Positions 29,762 through 43,623 of a DNA stretch of 59,860 bases are shown in pieces. The position numbers were made by a program, and so were the translations under genes. The DNA lies in assembly GCA_030446285.1 (NCBI GenBank), contig JASUSC010000003.1:1-59860 (forward strand). The letters run 5' to 3'. Position 1 is the stretch's first letter; each line of letters begins with the position of its first letter. The DNA is from Eubacteriales bacterium. Its GTDB lineage: Bacteria > Bacillota > JASUSC01. The notes beneath the pieces were generated by a model. It was not told where the DNA came from, did no database searches, and saw only the letters and a program-made list of their open reading frames with translations.

Positions 29762-31936
29762 TTATCCCTCCCCTCCAGCCAAACGCAAGGGAGCTAAACT
29801 TGCGAGAAGCTTTTTTATCCCCTGGTTGGGAAAAGCCACTGTAAGAATAATATCCCCTTTTTCTTCCTGGACCCCCACTATCACTCCCAGTCCCCATTTG
29901 GCATGTTCTACCTTCTGGCCGGGCTGCCACTGAACTGTTCCCCTTTCAGCAGCAGTCTGCATCTTTTCCCTTTTTTCTAGTTTTTCCCCTGCCACCACAC
30001 CCGTCCCAGGCCGGTTCAGCCAGCAGATCAGGTGGTCAGGGATTTCCTCGAGAAAACGGGAAGGAGGATTGGCCATGGCCCGACCGTAAAGAAGCCGGTT
30101 GGCCGCCAAGGTGAGATAAAGTCTCTCCTTGGCCCGGGTGATACCCACATAACAGAGGCGTCTTTCTTCCTCCATCTCTTCCTGGGAAAAGAAGGCCCGG
30201 GAGGTGGGAAAAAGATTTTCTTCCATGCCGGCCATAAAAACCACGGGAAACTCCAACCCTTTGGCGCTGTGAAAGGTCATGAGGGTAACCGCATCCGGTC
30301 CCCCCTCCTCCAGGGTGTCCACATCACTCATCAGGGACACGGCAGCCATAAAGGCGGCTAAATCAGCTCTCTCCTCGCTCTGGCTCTCAAAGCCCCGCAC
30401 TACCGAGAGAAATTCCTGCAGGTTTTCCCGCCGGCTGCGTCCTTCCGCCGTTCCGTCATCATATTCGGCCAACAAACCGCTCTCCTCCAAAACGGTATTT
30501 ACCAAGAGACTAATGGACATTGTCTTAGCGTAGCCGGCAAAACGCTGCAAAAGCTCACCCAACCCTCTCACTTCCTGGAGAGCTTTCCCTTTCACCCCGG
30601 CCCTTTCGGCCGCAGTAAGGGCATCAGTAAAGGGCATGTCCTGCCGGCGGGCAAACTCCACCAGCCTGTCCACGGTGGCCGTTCCCACTCCTTTCCGCAT
30701 CAGCAGCAGGCGGCGGAAACTCAGCTCATCGCGGGGATTGACCAGCAACCGCAGATAGGCCAGCAGGTCTTTAATTTCTTTCCGTTCGTAGAAGCGCAGA
30801 GCCCCAACCAGCCGGTAAGGAATCCCCTGCCGGAGGAAAGTTTCTTCCAGCACCCGCGACTGGGCATTGGTACGGTAGAGAACGGCGAAAGCGCGGAAGG
30901 GATATCCTTCTTCCCGCTGCAAGCGCAGGATCTCTTCCGCCACAAAAAAGGCCTCATCCCATTCCGTCGCCGCCCGGTAGGCAACCACCGGGGCGCCAGC
31001 ATCGTTTTCCGTCCACAGCCGTTTGGGCTTCCGGCGCAAATTGCAGGCCACCACGGCGTTGGCCGCTTCCAGAATGGTGCGGGTAGAGCGGTAGTTCTGC
31101 TCTAAGCGGATTATCTTGGCCTCCGGGTAATCCTTTTCAAAATCCAAGATGTTTTGGACATCAGCCCCCCGCCAGCCGTAAATGGACTGATCGTCGTCAC
31201 CCACCACACAGAGATTGCGGTGGGTAGCGGAAAGCAGACGGATTAGGCGGTATTGGGCGTGGTTGGTATCCTGATACTCGTCGACCATGATGTAGCGGAA
31301 AAAGTTACGGTATTTCTCCAGGACCTCGGGGTACCGTTCAAAAAGGTCCACCGTGAGCATCAAGATATCGTCAAAATCCAGAGCATTACCGGCTTTCAGC
31401 CTCTCCTGATAAGCGGCAAAAATCTCGGCCGCCTTCTCTTCCCGCCAGTTCCCCGCCTGAGCCGCCAGATCTTCCGGCCCCAGCAGATAGTTTTTAGCCC
31501 GGCTAAAGGCGGCCAGCAGGGATTTAGGGGGAAAGTTTTTTTCATCCAGGTTGAGTTCCTTCAAAACCTCCCTGAGCAAACTCTCCTGATCTTGCGGGTC
31601 ATAAATGTTGAAGTTCTCATCGTAACCGAGAAGAGAGATTTCCCGGCGCAAAATGCGAACACAGGCGGAGTGAAAGGTGCTGACCCACATAGCCGAGGCT
31701 TTGAAACCGACCAGGGCTTCCACCCGCTCCTTCATTTCCCGGGCTGCCTTGTTGGTAAAAGTGATGGCTAAAATCCGCTCCGGTGCTACTCCCTTCTCCT
31801 GAACTAAGTAAGCCATCCGGCGGGTAAGAACCCTGGTTTTGCCACTTCCCGCCCCGGCGAGAATAAGGAGAGGTCCTTCGGTAGTAACCACCGCTTCTCG
31901 CTGAGGTGGATTTAAATCTGCCAGTAAATCCTTCAC
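29762..31936 (-). CDS. pcrA: ATP-dependent DNA helicase PcrA
   Basis: AGAGSGKT, DEYQDTN, QNYRS and HSAKGLEF motifs; C-terminal Tudor-like domain. Confidence 0.97.
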   Translation of the reverse strand: MKDLLADLNPPQREAVVTTEGPLLILAGAGSGKTRVLTRRMAYLVQEKGVAPERILAITFTNKAAREMKERVEALVGFKASAMWVSTFHSACVRILRREISLLGYDENFNIYDPQDQESLLREVLKELNLDEKNFPPKSLLAAFSRAKNYLLGPEDLAAQAGNWREEKAAEIFAAYQERLKAGNALDFDDILMLTVDLFERYPEVLEKYRNFFRYIMVDEYQDTNHAQYRLIRLLSATHRNLCVVGDDDQSIYGWRGADVQNILDFEKDYPEAKIIRLEQNYRSTRTILEAANAVVACNLRRKPKRLWTENDAGAPVVAYRAATEWDEAFFVAEEILRLQREEGYPFRAFAVLYRTNAQSRVLEETFLRQGIPYRLVGALRFYERKEIKDLLAYLRLLVNPRDELSFRRLLLMRKGVGTATVDRLVEFARRQDMPFTDALTAAERAGVKGKALQEVRGLGELLQRFAGYAKTMSISLLVNTVLEESGLLAEYDDGTAEGRSRRENLQEFLSVVRGFESQSEERADLAAFMAAVSLMSDVDTLEEGGPDAVTLMTFHSAKGLEFPVVFMAGMEENLFPTSRAFFSQEEMEEERRLCYVGITRAKERLYLTLAANRLLYGRAMANPPSRFLEEIPDHLICWLNRPGTGVVAGEKLEKREKMQTAAERGTVQWQPGQKVEHAKWGLGVIVGVQEEKGDIILTVAFPNQGIKKLLASLAPLRLAGGEG

Positions 31937-31968
31937 CAGAACATAGCCTCCTTCTCTTTCCTTAGCCT

Positions 31969-32256
31969 TTACTTAGCAACAACTCCGCTCGCATAGCCTG
32001 CTATCATCATGAAGAGAACCAGCAGGGAAATTAGAGCATATTTTCTGTCTTTCTGCCGCCAGAATAAAATCCCCGTCTCTCCCACCCGCAGAACAGGGCT
32101 TAATATCAGCAGCAACAGGCCGGCGGAAAGCAACTTCCTGCCTGCCGCACCCTTCGCAAAAACCACCATCAGCCCTGCCCCGAGGAGAAAAAGAGAGATG
32201 CTGGTGACAAAGGTTGTCAGCCTCTCTGCCATATCTGTCAGCCTTATATTCGTCAT
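31969..32256 (-). CDS. DUF1634-like membrane protein
   Basis: GLLLLILSPVLRV...F...KDRKY motif; coupled to tauE. Confidence 0.8.
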   Translation of the reverse strand: MTNIRLTDMAERLTTFVTSISLFLLGAGLMVVFAKGAAGRKLLSAGLLLLILSPVLRVGETGILFWRQKDRKYALISLLVLFMMIAGYASGVVAK

Positions 32257-33038
32257 AATAAACCACTAACTCCCTTCCTCAACATAACCAGCGCCATGTA
32301 CAAGGCCACGGCAGCAAAAAGCCAGCGCACAAATTTCACCGGCAGGTGGGGCATTAGCTTTGCCCCGCTCCGCGCTCCTGCATATACGCCTATCGCCACC
32401 GGCGCCGCCACCAAAGGATCAATCTGCCCCCGCCCCCAGTATACCAAGGCTCCTGCTGCCGCCGTTATTCCGATCATAAAACTGCTGGTGGCCACCGCCC
32501 TGCGAAAAGAAAGGCCCATCAACCGGTGCATCACCGGCACTTTAATAATTCCTCCCCCTATCCCCAGCAAAGCCGAAAGGACTCCGGCCAAACCGGAGAA
32601 AAAAAGACCGGCAGGCAAATTGTGGTAATGCCCCGGTGAGTAATCTCCCTCTTCCCCTTTTCTATCCTGCTCACGTCTGCTGCGAAAAAGAGAGAAAGCG
32701 GTGTAGAAAAGAAACACGGCAAAAAGGAGTTCCAGCAGGTCGCTGACAACCCATCCCGCAAGAAAAGCCCCGCCTACTGCTCCAGCTACCGTGGTTAACT
32801 CTAAAGCCATTCCCAGTCGGACATCAGTCAGTCCCTGCCGCAGGTAAGTAACAGAAGCCCCCATCGAGGTGGCAATCACCGCCACCATGCTTGCACTAAC
32901 TGCTTTGAGCACCGGCACATGGAGGGCCGAGACCAAGAGGGGAACTAAAATTACCCCTCCTCCCAATCCCGTTATCGCTCCAAAAACTCCTGCGGCCAGA
33001 CCGCAAATACCCTCCAAAACCACAGTCTCCATCGCCAA
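32253..33038 (-). CDS. TauE/SafE family sulfite exporter-like permease
   Basis: Duplicated GLGGGVILVP / GIGGGIIKVP repeats and ATSSF motif. Confidence 0.9.
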   Translation of the reverse strand: MAMETVVLEGICGLAAGVFGAITGLGGGVILVPLLVSALHVPVLKAVSASMVAVIATSMGASVTYLRQGLTDVRLGMALELTTVAGAVGGAFLAGWVVSDLLELLFAVFLFYTAFSLFRSRREQDRKGEEGDYSPGHYHNLPAGLFFSGLAGVLSALLGIGGGIIKVPVMHRLMGLSFRRAVATSSFMIGITAAAGALVYWGRGQIDPLVAAPVAIGVYAGARSGAKLMPHLPVKFVRWLFAAVALYMALVMLRKGVSGLL

Positions 33039-33107
33039 CGTGAAGCCTTTCCCTCTTTCTTTACCACTTTCTGACTAATTCATTATATCACACCATTATC
33101 CTGCCGG

Positions 33108-33317
33108 CTAGAAAAACGGCTGCGTGCTTTCAGTAACGGCCTCCACAAAGCTCACCTGAAGAGCGATTCCATCTTTGTGAAAAAATACAACGGCACCTGC
33201 ATCGCCTGTCACAAATCCGAACCTGACACCGGTAACATTGCGTTAAGGGCCTGGAAGCGGTGGAAAAAGAAAAGCAGTCTTCTTAAAAACCTTTCCGCGC
33301 AGGCTAATCATTTTTAG
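33108..33317 (+). pseudogene. Remnant of a c-type cytochrome gene
   Basis: Manual translation LRAFSNGLHKAHLKSDSIFVKKYNGTCIACHKSEPDTGNIA with CxxCH at 33198-33212; no RBS or signal peptide. Confidence 0.65.
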
Positions 33318-34617
33318 CCTGCTTTCTTTTTAGCAAAACTTCCCGGGCTTCTGCCACCATGTATAGCGATCCCGTTATACACACCACATCTTCCTTCCCG
33401 GCTAAAGAGAGGGCTTTTTCCACCGCCGCACCGATTTCTTCCTCCAGATAAACCTCCGTCAGGTATTTCTTTACCTCCCGGGCCAGCTCCTGCCATTCTC
33501 CCGCCCGAGGGCTGTTAGGTCTGGTAATTACTACAGCCGCAGCCAGAGGGGCCAGTTCCGCCACCACCTTTTCCCGCTCTTTATCCCCCAGCATTCCGAG
33601 AAGAAGGACAAGACGACGGTCACCGTAATATTCGCTTAGAGCCCGACGCAGGGCCACTGCTCCGTCGTAATTGTGGGCTCCGTCCAGCAAAACTAGGGGC
33701 GAGTCGTAGACCTGCTCCAGCCGGCCGGGCCACGCGGCTTTTTTCAGCCCCGTCCGCAAAGCTTCCTCCGGCAAAGCCCATCCCTGCTCCTGCATCAGGC
33801 GGGTAACAGCCACCGCCATAGCAGCATTTTTCACCTGGTGCCGGCCGGAAAGAGTTATCTCCAGTCCTTCCTCCCGGCCCCACCAGCCCTGCAGGTCAAA
33901 AACTTGGCGTCCCGGTCTACTCTCTCTTATCTCCCAAGTAAAATCCCTGCCCGCAAGGTAAAGGGGAGCCTTCATCTCCCTGGCTTTATCCTCAATTATC
34001 CGCCAGGCAGACAAAAACTCCACTCCCGTCACCACCGGTCTTCCCGGCTTGATAATTGCCGCCTTTTCCCGGGCAATGTCTTCCAGAGTATTCCCCAGGT
34101 AGTCCATGTGGTCCATGGCCACGTTGGTGATGACGGTAACCAGAGGGCTTTCCACCACATTGGTGGAATCGATGCGGCCACCTAAACCCACTTCTAAAAA
34201 AACCGGTCGGGCCCGGTGACGAGCAAAAAAGAGAAAAGCCACCGCGGTAGAAACCTCAAATTCTGTGGGAGCTTCAAAACCATTGGCCACCATTGCCTCT
34301 AAATGCGGCCTTAATTCGCCAATTAGCTGCCCCACTTCTGTCGGTTCAATTTCCCGGCCTCTGATTCGGAATCGCTCCGTGTAGGAATGGAGGTGAGGCG
34401 AAGTAAAAGTTCCGGCCGGGTAACCGCCCTCCTGCCAAATGGCGGCGAGAAAAGCCGTAGTCGAACCCTTCCCGTTGGTGCCACCGATATGAACGACTTC
34501 CAGCTCTTTTTCCGGATTGCCCACCCGGCGCAAAATCTCTCGAATCCGTTCCAAACCTAAATTTATCCCAAATTTGGTAAAATTGCACAAGTAATCCAGC
34601 GCCTCGTTGTATTCCAT
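33304..34617 (-). CDS. folC: Folylpolyglutamate synthase / dihydrofolate synthase
   Basis: GTNGKGST, FTSPHL, EVGLGGRIDSTN, WPGRLE and LDGAHN motifs. Confidence 0.96.
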   Translation of the reverse strand: MEYNEALDYLCNFTKFGINLGLERIREILRRVGNPEKELEVVHIGGTNGKGSTTAFLAAIWQEGGYPAGTFTSPHLHSYTERFRIRGREIEPTEVGQLIGELRPHLEAMVANGFEAPTEFEVSTAVAFLFFARHRARPVFLEVGLGGRIDSTNVVESPLVTVITNVAMDHMDYLGNTLEDIAREKAAIIKPGRPVVTGVEFLSAWRIIEDKAREMKAPLYLAGRDFTWEIRESRPGRQVFDLQGWWGREEGLEITLSGRHQVKNAAMAVAVTRLMQEQGWALPEEALRTGLKKAAWPGRLEQVYDSPLVLLDGAHNYDGAVALRRALSEYYGDRRLVLLLGMLGDKEREKVVAELAPLAAAVVITRPNSPRAGEWQELAREVKKYLTEVYLEEEIGAAVEKALSLAGKEDVVCITGSLYMVAEAREVLLKRKQAKND

Positions 34618-34630
34618 CTTATCCTCTCCT

Positions 34631-35194
34631 TTATAACCTGGGATTGCTGAGAACATCGATAAAATTCAGGAGCAACCGCAACTGCTCATCATTCAACCGG
34701 CAGATGGAACCGAGAATCACCTGAACCCGGGGATCGGTCAAAATTTTTCGCAGTTCCGGATTCAAGGAGGCAACCAGCTCATCCAGCTCTTCCCGATCTA
34801 AAATCAAGTAGCATACCGAGACTCCCAGCGCGCGGCTGATTCTTTCCAGCGTTTTAAAAGAGGCACTGACCCGCCCCATCTCAAGCTGCCCGATTAGTCC
34901 CGGAGATACGCCCGCCTTCTCCGCCAGTTCTTTCTGGGTCAGGCCCCTCATTTTTCGCGCCCACTTGAGCTTCTGGGCAATGACCTGCTGGAGGCTATCA
35001 CTCCCTAAACAGTGGGAAAGAGGAATATTCAGCGCCTTGGCCAGTTTGCGCAGGGCTTTGGCCGAAGGCTGTACCTTTCCCCGTTCAATCTCGCTTATGT
35101 ACGTGGGCGACAGTCCTGTCCTGGCTGCCATTTCGGCCAGGGTAATCCCGTTTTCCTGCCGGAAAATCCTGATTCTGTGCCCGATATCTTCCAA
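34631..35194 (-). CDS. Transcriptional regulator with two XRE helix-turn-helix domains
   Basis: TLAEMAARTGLSPTYISEIERG and TQKELAEKAGVSPGLIGQLEMG; TTG at 35194 after AGGAGGG. Confidence 0.9.
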   Translation of the reverse strand: MEDIGHRIRIFRQENGITLAEMAARTGLSPTYISEIERGKVQPSAKALRKLAKALNIPLSHCLGSDSLQQVIAQKLKWARKMRGLTQKELAEKAGVSPGLIGQLEMGRVSASFKTLERISRALGVSVCYLILDREELDELVASLNPELRKILTDPRVQVILGSICRLNDEQLRLLLNFIDVLSNPRL

Positions 35195-35242
35195 GTTTAT
35201 CCCTCCTGTCTCCTTAGCTGAGCTAAGGTTTACCTTGGTCAA

Positions 35243-35251
35243 ATTATACCA
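35243..35251 (-). promoter_or_regulatory. Extended -10 promoter of the XRE regulator
   Basis: TG-G-TATAAT on minus strand. Confidence 0.6.
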
Positions 35252-35459
35252 CACCTGTCGTTTCGAAAGTATTTCTTTTCTGTAATACTACGGTTTTTGG
35301 AAAAAACATGCTGTCGTTTTTTGTTTGATTTTTTTTAATAAAATTTTTTAATCAATTATGATGAGTGTAGAAAATCGGGAAATGGTAATAAATAAAATTA
35401 TATGCAAAAGGAAGTGGAGCAAAAAAGAGGAATTTTTTTCAGAAAACCACCTCTCCGTA

Positions 35460-35555
35460 GAAACCAAACCTGAGGCCTATTATCTCTTGAACACCCGCGA
35501 TGACAACAAGTACAAAACGCTCGGTCACATCAAAGGTGTAAATCACATCCTTCCC
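35460..35555 (+). pseudogene. Fragment of a rhodanese-like domain
   Basis: Within ORF 35358..35600: KPEAYYLLNTRDDNKYKTLGHIKGVNHI resembles LLDVR-x3-EY-x2-GHIxGAxNI; truncated by the valS terminator. Confidence 0.5.
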
Positions 35556-35569
35556 TGCACCGTCCCAGT

Positions 35570-35598
35570 AAAAAAAGAGGCCCTTTGGAGCCTCTTTT
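35570..35598. terminator. Bidirectional intrinsic terminator after valS
   Basis: AAAAAAAGAGGC-cctttgga-GCCTCTTTT. Confidence 0.85.
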
Positions 35599-38269
35599 AA
35601 TTTGCACCAAACAGCCTTCTCTTTCTTTCCAGAAGAGCTTCCCGCTCTGCCAAGTAAATCTTTTCTTTTTCCCGCTCTTTGGCCACCACTTCCGGCGGAG
35701 CTTTTTTCAGGAAGCTTTCGTTGTTCAGTTTGCCCTGCACCCGGGCCAGCTCCTTGTCCAGCCGCTTAATTTCCTTCTCCAGTCGTTCCCGTTCCTTCTC
35801 TAAGTCAATTACTCCTTTGAGGGGCAGGTAAACTTCAACCCCCTTCACAGCCGCAGCCAACGCCTGCTCAATCTCCGGCCCGCCGCTGTCCTCAACAGTT
35901 AACTCGGACAACCAGGCCAGGTGCTCTACCAGCTTCCGCCCCTCGCTGAGCACATCTTTCAGTTCTCCCTCGGCCGTCCGGACCACGGCTTCTACCTTGC
36001 GCCCAACGGGAATACCCACTTCACTCCGCAGGTTGCGCACGCTCTTAATTACTTCCATCAGCAATTGCATCTGTTCTTCGGCAGCCGCATCCGTCAATGC
36101 CGGATCGGGTTTGGGCCACGGTTGCAGCATAATGGTTTCGCCGCGGTGAGGCAGGTGCTGCCAGATTTCTTCGGTGATGAAGGGCAGGAAAGGATGAAGG
36201 AGGCGCAGGGTCCCCTGAAGAACAAACCAGAGCACCTCCAGCGCAAGGCGACGGCTTTCTTCCTCCTGGCTGTTGAGACGGGGTTTCACCGCCTCGATGT
36301 ACCAGTCGCAGTACTCGTTCCAGACAAATTCGTACAGCAGCCGTACCGCCTCGCCCAGGTCATACCTTTCCATGGCGCGGGTAACCTCTTCCACAGTGGC
36401 GTTGTACCGGCTCAGAATCCAACGGTCGGGGACAGTGAGGTTCTCCCGGCGGAATTTGTTGCCGTCGATGATGTCCTCCCCGGGTTGGAAATCTCCTAAG
36501 TTCATCAGCACAAAACGGGAAGCGTTCCACAGTTTATTGCAGAAGTTGCGTGCTCCTTCCAGTCTCTCTAAGCGGAAGCGCAAGTCGTTGCCCGGCGTAT
36601 TGCCAGTGACCAGGGTCATGCGCAGGGTATCGGCCCCATACTTTTCGATAACCTCAATGGGGTCAACCCCGTTGCCTAAGGATTTGCTCATCTTTCTCCC
36701 TTCTGCATCCAGCACCAGACCGTGGATGAAAACTTCCCGGAAGGGAACGTCTTTCATAAATTCAAGACCCATGAAAATCATCCGGGCCACCCAGAAGAAA
36801 ATGATGTCCCGCCCGGTAACCAGGACGCTGGTGGGGTAGAAATGCTCCAGTTCGGGGGTTCGGTCCGGCCACCCCAAGGTCTCAAAGGGCCACAGGGCAG
36901 AACTGAACCAGGTATCTAAGACATCCGGATCCTGCTCCAGTTGGGTGCTGCCGCAGGCAGAACACTTCTGGGGCTCCTCTTTCTCACAAATGGTTTCGCC
37001 ACAATTCTGGCAGTACCAAACAGGGATGCGATGACCCCACCACAGTTGTCGGGAAATGCACCAGTCGCGAATGTTCTCCACCCAATTGAGGTAAATGCGG
37101 GTAAAGCGCTCGGGAACAAAGCGAATCCGGCCTTCTTTTACCGCCTGGATGGCCGGCTCGGCCAGGGGTTTCATCCGGACAAACCACTGCTTGGAAACCA
37201 TAGGCTCAACTACCGTGCCGCAGCGGTAGCAGTGGCCAACCGCGTGGGTGTGATCTTCTACCTTGAGGAGGTATCCGCCGGCTTTGAGGTCTTCGACAAT
37301 TTTCCGGCGGCATTCGTACCGGTCCAGACCCTGGTACGGTCCGGCTTCTTCATTCATGGTGGCATCTTTGTTCATCACGTTAATCACGGGCAAATTGTGC
37401 CGGAGGCCCACTTCGAAGTCGTTGGGGTCGTGGGCCGGCGTTATCTTAACCACTCCAGTCCCGAACTCGCGGTCAACGTATTCATCAGCAATAACAGGAA
37501 TTTCACGGTTTACGAGGGGAAGAATAACCTTCTTCCCCACCAAATGGTGATAGCGCTCGTCTTCGGGATGCACCGCCACTGCTGTATCGCCCAGCATGGT
37601 CTCGGGACGGGTAGTGGCCACCACCACGTAACCGTCGCCGTCAGCCAGGGGATATTTCAGATAGTAAAAGTGACCTTCCTTCTCCTCGTGCTCAACTTCG
37701 ATATCGGAGATGGTGGTGCTGCACTTGGGACACCAATTGATGATGTAGTCGCCCCGGTAAATCAACCCCCGCCGGTACAGTTCAACAAAAACTTCCTGCA
37801 CCGCTTTAGAACACCCCGGGTCCATGGTAAAACGCTCCCGCTGCCAGTCGCAGGAGCTGCCGAGACGGCGCAACTGACTGGCAATTCGGGCATGGTAGTG
37901 TTCCTTCCATTCCCAGACCCGTTCCAGGAACTTCTCCCGCCCTAAGTCATATTTGCTTAAGCCTTCTTCCGCCAGCTTCTCTTCCACCTTGGCTTGGGTA
38001 GCTATGCCGGCGTGGTCCGTTCCCGGCACCCACAGGGTGTTGTATCCCTGCATCCGCCGCCAGCGGATGAGAATGTCTTGGAGAGTGTTATCCATGGCAT
38101 GTCCCATGTGCAAAGCGCCGGTTACGTTGGGAGGCGGCATAACAATGCAAAAAGGTTCTTTGTCTCTCTCAACCTCTGCGTGGAAAAATCCCTTCTCTTC
38201 CCAGAAGCGATACCACTTCGTCTCTACCGTCTCCGGATTGTAGGAGGGGGGCAAACCTTTCTCCGTCAA
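35597..38269 (-). CDS. valS: Valine--tRNA ligase
   Basis: [25 protein letters not shown] and KMSKS motifs; C-terminal coiled coil. Confidence 0.98.
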   Translation of the reverse strand: MTEKGLPPSYNPETVETKWYRFWEEKGFFHAEVERDKEPFCIVMPPPNVTGALHMGHAMDNTLQDILIRWRRMQGYNTLWVPGTDHAGIATQAKVEEKLAEEGLSKYDLGREKFLERVWEWKEHYHARIASQLRRLGSSCDWQRERFTMDPGCSKAVQEVFVELYRRGLIYRGDYIINWCPKCSTTISDIEVEHEEKEGHFYYLKYPLADGDGYVVVATTRPETMLGDTAVAVHPEDERYHHLVGKKVILPLVNREIPVIADEYVDREFGTGVVKITPAHDPNDFEVGLRHNLPVINVMNKDATMNEEAGPYQGLDRYECRRKIVEDLKAGGYLLKVEDHTHAVGHCYRCGTVVEPMVSKQWFVRMKPLAEPAIQAVKEGRIRFVPERFTRIYLNWVENIRDWCISRQLWWGHRIPVWYCQNCGETICEKEEPQKCSACGSTQLEQDPDVLDTWFSSALWPFETLGWPDRTPELEHFYPTSVLVTGRDIIFFWVARMIFMGLEFMKDVPFREVFIHGLVLDAEGRKMSKSLGNGVDPIEVIEKYGADTLRMTLVTGNTPGNDLRFRLERLEGARNFCNKLWNASRFVLMNLGDFQPGEDIIDGNKFRRENLTVPDRWILSRYNATVEEVTRAMERYDLGEAVRLLYEFVWNEYCDWYIEAVKPRLNSQEEESRRLALEVLWFVLQGTLRLLHPFLPFITEEIWQHLPHRGETIMLQPWPKPDPALTDAAAEEQMQLLMEVIKSVRNLRSEVGIPVGRKVEAVVRTAEGELKDVLSEGRKLVEHLAWLSELTVEDSGGPEIEQALAAAVKGVEVYLPLKGVIDLEKERERLEKEIKRLDKELARVQGKLNNESFLKKAPPEVVAKEREKEKIYLAEREALLERKRRLFGAN

Positions 38270-38317
38270 GTTTTCTACCTCCTCTATTTCCTGTTATTGC
38301 CTTTTCCCGACCGAGTT

Positions 38318-38570
38318 AAAAAAAAAGCCCTTTCGTCACCAAAGGGCGAAAGGACTCTTCCGCGGTACCACCTTTGTTCCGGCAAGGCACAGCAACCCCT
38401 ACCGGCTCTCTCTGCGCGTAACGGGCGCCACCGTGCCAGCTTACTGTCCTTCAGCTGGCAAGCTCGGGAGCGACCTTCGGACATTAGAGCCTGGGGAACC
38501 TTCCAGCCCGCCCCTGCGGGGTTCCCCTCTCTGGAGGCATCCTGCCCTACTCCTCTCCCTCATCGCTTTT
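38318..38570 (-). ncRNA. T-box riboswitch (Val) with terminator
   Basis: AGTA, AGAGA and GGCTGGAA stem I motifs; specifier GTC at 38474-38472; stem II and IIA/B; T-box AAAGGTGGTACCGCG at 38375-38361; CCTTTCG...CGAAAGG hairpin with T-tract. Confidence 0.95.
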
Positions 38571-38614
38571 TGCCGCGCAATAACTCCTTTTCGTGCTTAC
38601 ACTCTCAATCAAAT

Positions 38615-38642
38615 ATTGTATCCAAATATTTTTCCGTGTCAA
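38615..38642 (-). promoter_or_regulatory. SigA promoter of the valS leader
   Basis: TTGACA-N16-TACAAT. Confidence 0.65.
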
Positions 38643-38661
38643 GAAAAGAAGACCTTCCCTG

Positions 38662-38702
38662 AAAGACAGAAGGGGCTGACGGCAACCAAAACCCGTCAGC
38701 CC
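38662..38702 (-). terminator. Terminator after the atp operon
   Basis: GGGCTGACGG...CCGTCAGCCC stem with a weak pyrimidine tail. Confidence 0.65.
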
Positions 38703-38721
38703 GCCTCATTCTTCTCCATTT

Positions 38722-39129
38722 TTACTCGTGGCCGGCAGCCTGCAGCCGGGCCAGAGCCCGCTTCAGCGCCAACTCAGCCCGTACTAAATCAATATCCGGG
38801 GCACGGGAGGCAAGGCGCTGCTCGGCTCTCGCTTTGGCGGCTTTGGCACGTTCCACGTCAATTTCGTCGTCCCTCTCGGCAGTGTTGGCCAAAATCACAA
38901 TTTTATCGTTCTTAATTTCTAAAAAACCGCCGCTTATGGCTATCTTCCGCTGCTGGCCGTTTTTCGTATACTTGACCACGCCGATTTCCAGACTGGTGAT
39001 CAGCGGCACGTGGCCAGGTAGAAAACCAAGGGATCCCTCGGTGCCAGGAGCAACAACAAAGTCAACCTTTTCCTTGAAAACCACGCGCTCAGGAGTGACC
39101 ACCTCAAGCTGCAGGGCCTTTTCCGCCAT
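38722..39129 (-). CDS. atpC: ATP synthase epsilon subunit
   Basis: VVTPER, GFLPGHVP and ISGGFLE motifs. Confidence 0.97.
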   Translation of the reverse strand: MAEKALQLEVVTPERVVFKEKVDFVVAPGTEGSLGFLPGHVPLITSLEIGVVKYTKNGQQRKIAISGGFLEIKNDKIVILANTAERDDEIDVERAKAAKARAEQRLASRAPDIDLVRAELALKRALARLQAAGHE

Positions 39130-39131
39130 AA

Positions 39132-40637
<1,506 letters not shown>

Positions 40638-41495
40638 CTACTTGTCCAGAGCCGCGGCACCGCCTACAATCTCGGAGATTTCCTTGGTGATGGCAGCCTG
40701 GCGGGCGCGGTTCAAAGATATGGTCAACTTGTTGATCAGTTCGGCAGCGTTGTCGGTAGCCGAACCCATGGCAGTCATCCGAGCCCCGTGCTCGCTGGCC
40801 TTGGATTCGAGCAAGGCGCTGTAAACCATGGTCTCAACATAACGGGGCAGGAGGATGTCGAGGACCTGACCGGGGTCCGGCTCGAAGATGTACTCGGTAC
40901 TCCACTGCTGCTTCCTCTCTTCCGCCGGCGGCTCTACCGGCAGCAATTTTACCGTCACAGGCCGCTGGCTGATGGCCGATCTAAATTCGGAGTAAACCAT
41001 GTAAATCTCATCAAACTCTTGCTGAGTATAAGCCTCTATCAAGGTGTGGGCAATTTCACGAGCTTTGCCGAACTGTATGTCCTCACCCAGCCCGACAAAC
41101 TGGGCCTTGATGTCATAGCCAAGGCGCCGGAAGAAATCCCGACCCTTCCGACCAACAGTTATTAAAGATACATTGTCATAGGCCCTGATCTCATGGAGGG
41201 TTTTCCGAATCAGGTTGGCGTTAAACCCGCCGCAGAGTCCACGGTCAGCCGTGATGATCACGTACGCCACCCGCCGGGGCTCCCGCACCTCCAAGAGCGG
41301 ATGGGTATACTCCGCCCGGGCCGCCGCTACCCGGCTGAGAACCTCCCGCGTCAGCCGGGCATATGGCCGGGCGGCAATGACCCGCTCTTGGGCCCGGCGC
41401 AGCTTGGCCGCCGCCACCAGTTTCATTGCTTTGGTTATTTGCTGGGTGTTTTTGATACTTTTAATGCGGCGACGAATATCGCGCATGCTAGCCAT
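40638..41495 (-). CDS. atpG: ATP synthase gamma subunit
   Basis: [18 protein letters not shown] and [12 protein letters not shown] motifs. Confidence 0.98.
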   Translation of the reverse strand: MASMRDIRRRIKSIKNTQQITKAMKLVAAAKLRRAQERVIAARPYARLTREVLSRVAAARAEYTHPLLEVREPRRVAYVIITADRGLCGGFNANLIRKTLHEIRAYDNVSLITVGRKGRDFFRRLGYDIKAQFVGLGEDIQFGKAREIAHTLIEAYTQQEFDEIYMVYSEFRSAISQRPVTVKLLPVEPPAEERKQQWSTEYIFEPDPGQVLDILLPRYVETMVYSALLESKASEHGARMTAMGSATDNAAELINKLTISLNRARQAAITKEISEIVGGAAALDK

Positions 41496-41545
41496 TCCTT
41501 TTTCACCACCTTCTCAGACAGGTCGCAGCGCCAGGTACGCTGTTT

Positions 41546-43619
<2,074 letters not shown>

Positions 43620-43623
<4 letters not shown>

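Noticed and set aside
35358-35600. 80 aa plus-strand ORF as an intact gene
   Set aside because: Looks chimeric: AT-rich spacer, rhodanese-like fragment and terminator, with no good RBS
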